This document shows positions 62,322 through 64,000 of a stretch of 64,000 nt of DNA, piece by piece. This stretch comes from Camelus dromedarius (taxonomy: Eukaryota): positions 120,840,001-120,904,000 of the forward strand of contig NC_087436.1 of assembly GCF_036321535.1 (NCBI RefSeq), given 5' to 3'. Each line of letters opens with the position of its first letter. Position 1 is the first letter of the stretch. Below the pieces are notes generated by a model. It saw nothing but the letters and a program-made list of their open reading frames with translations, ran no database searches and had not been told where the DNA came from. The translations under genes were made by a program, and so were the position numbers.

Positions 62322-63270
62322 AATTCACTCACTCACTCATTCACAGTAGACATTCATCTTGCACTCACCTTGTGCCAGGCCCCAGACAAGGGGCTGGGAT
62401 GCATCAGGAGCCAACAAAAATTTCTGTCTGCACGGTGCTTTGATTCTGTGAGTGAAACAGATAAAAACAAGATTGATGAAATAGGTGATGGATTACATGG
62501 TGATAAAAGAAAGAGACAAAGCAAGAAAGAAAAAGTGACACACTGCGGGGGACTGGCTGTCAAAATTCTAGATTCCACATCTTAAAGGTGGTATTTGGGT
62601 AAAACCTGGGGTGAATAAGGGAGCCAGGCACGACCTCTAGGGGAGAGGGGAGCATTGCAGGCAGAAGGCACAGCAGGTGCAAAGGCCCTGGGGCAGAGGT
62701 GGCCCTGGTAAAAGGACAGAGTGCCAAGAGCTGATGTAGCAGAAGCAGCATGAGATGGAAGGGGTACAGGGAGCTGATGAGCTCGAGGCCGTGGGGTCAG
62801 ACCTCATCCAGCCCTGGGGGCCAGGGGCCACAGGAAGGGGTTACTGAGGGTCTGGGACTGTTGGAGGGCCTGGGCTGGCACGTGACATGGCCAGTTTAGA
62901 ATTCGCCAGGATCCCTCCAGAGGCTCTGTTGGAACAGACTTCAGGACCGAGGTGGCAGCAGAGACCACTCCAGCCATCCAGATGGGATCACTGTGAGGGG
63001 AGGGGCAGCCAGCGCAGGGAGAAGACAGAGCCAACACCACCCAAGGCGGGGCCTGGGGGGAATGGAGTCCCCACTCATGAAGGAAAGCTGGAGCAGCAGG
63101 TGGGGAGGGGAGGTGGGGACCCAGGGGCCATGTTGTGGTCAGAATCCTGTGTGTCAGACACTGGTGATGCTGCTGAGGCATCAGGCTTCAGGGGTCTGGG
63201 TCAGGGAGCCAGGCTGGAGATGGGCACGAGAGCCGGCTCAAGATGGACTGCACAGCCCTGGTCCTGAGGG
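62322..63270 (-). mobile_element. L2 3' region
   Basis: (attcactc)n tail, tgtgccaggc, agcattgcaggcagaaggcacagcaggtgcaaaggccctggggcag. Confidence 0.75.
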
Positions 63271-63897
63271 AGGCCACCGTGGGAGGGAGGGCACCCAGGC
63301 GAGAGCCCTGGGCGCCCCGGGAAGAGGGGGCGCAGCTGCAAGGCACCCAGAAACAGAGTCAGCAGGGGGCAGGCAGGCAGGACCTTCCCAGAAGCCAGAC
63401 AGGCAAGTACGTCAAGGAGTAGGGAAACCAGCCCTGCGAGGAGCTGGTGAGAAAGTGAGATAGAGCCAAATGGGCCCCCAGAAGGGACCAGACGGGTCCT
63501 CTCACAAGGGTCCCCTCCGAGGAAGTACCTGGGGGAGCAAGGCAGCACCGCTGAGGGGAGCGAGGGCCCCACGTGCACTGGCCAGGGGCCAGCTCTGGAT
63601 GTCCGGCCCCAGGACCTCAGCGCCCAGACCGCTCACCCACCGCGATCTGCCTGGAGCTCCCTGGGCAGGGGGCCTAAGGAGCCCTCTCAGACGCACACAG
63701 CGGAGCAAGGGAGAGAGCTGCGCCTTACCCTTCCTGGTGCGTCGGGGGCATTTCAAGCACACGCTGGGGAGAGGGAGATGCTTCAGATGGGGCCAAAGTC
63801 TGCAGTTTCTGTCTTAGAGCCTCCTGGACACCTTACCTGAGCTCCAGGGGAGGAGCAGACATCACCTGAGACGGGCCAGGGCGTTCAGCAGCAGGAG

Positions 63898-64000
63898 GTG
63901 GGTGTGTGCACGTGTGTGTGGTGCATGAGTGTGTGTGCACGTGTGTGCCTGCATGTGTGTGGTGCATGTGTGTGGTGCATGAGTGTGTGTGCACGTGTGC
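63898..64000. repeat. TG-rich degenerate simple repeat, running off the window end
   Basis: Recurrent gtgtgtgcacgtgtg and gtggtgcatgagtgtg units. Confidence 0.85.

Noticed and set aside
1..64000. Hundreds of 60-331 aa ORFs in all six frames
   Set aside because: Overlapping on both strands, dominated by P/G/R/A/S, with no recognisable domains except L1/L2 relics; expected from stop-codon scarcity at high GC.

Overview
GC-rich, repeat-laden eutherian genomic DNA, most likely from a camelid (camel, alpaca or llama). The evidence is a tRNA-derived SINE at 14105-14254 resembling the camelid Vic-1 type, plus cetartiodactyl-type L1 3' ends. I recognise no protein-coding exon, RNA gene, CRISPR array or prokaryotic/viral system, so the window reads as intergenic DNA or a large intron. 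The many ORFs in the track are Pro/Gly/Arg/Ala-rich open frames expected by chance at high GC, or relics of L1/L2. Supportable content: many MaLR (MLT1) and ERV1 (MER41-, MER31-, MER67-like) solo LTRs, old and young L1 fragments with nested insertions and target-site duplications, L2 and MIR relics, hAT MITEs (MER53-, MER96-like) and short tandem duplications. The most notable observations are (i) patchy, strong AT-to-GC rewriting of normally AT-rich transposon relics, suggesting GC-biased gene conversion, and (ii) short AT-rich, apparently non-repetitive islands dense in homeodomain/POU/SOX/IRF motifs that look like developmental enhancers. Repeat family names come from recalled consensus sequences, not a search, and boundaries are approximate. 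I cannot support a claim of a novel biological system.
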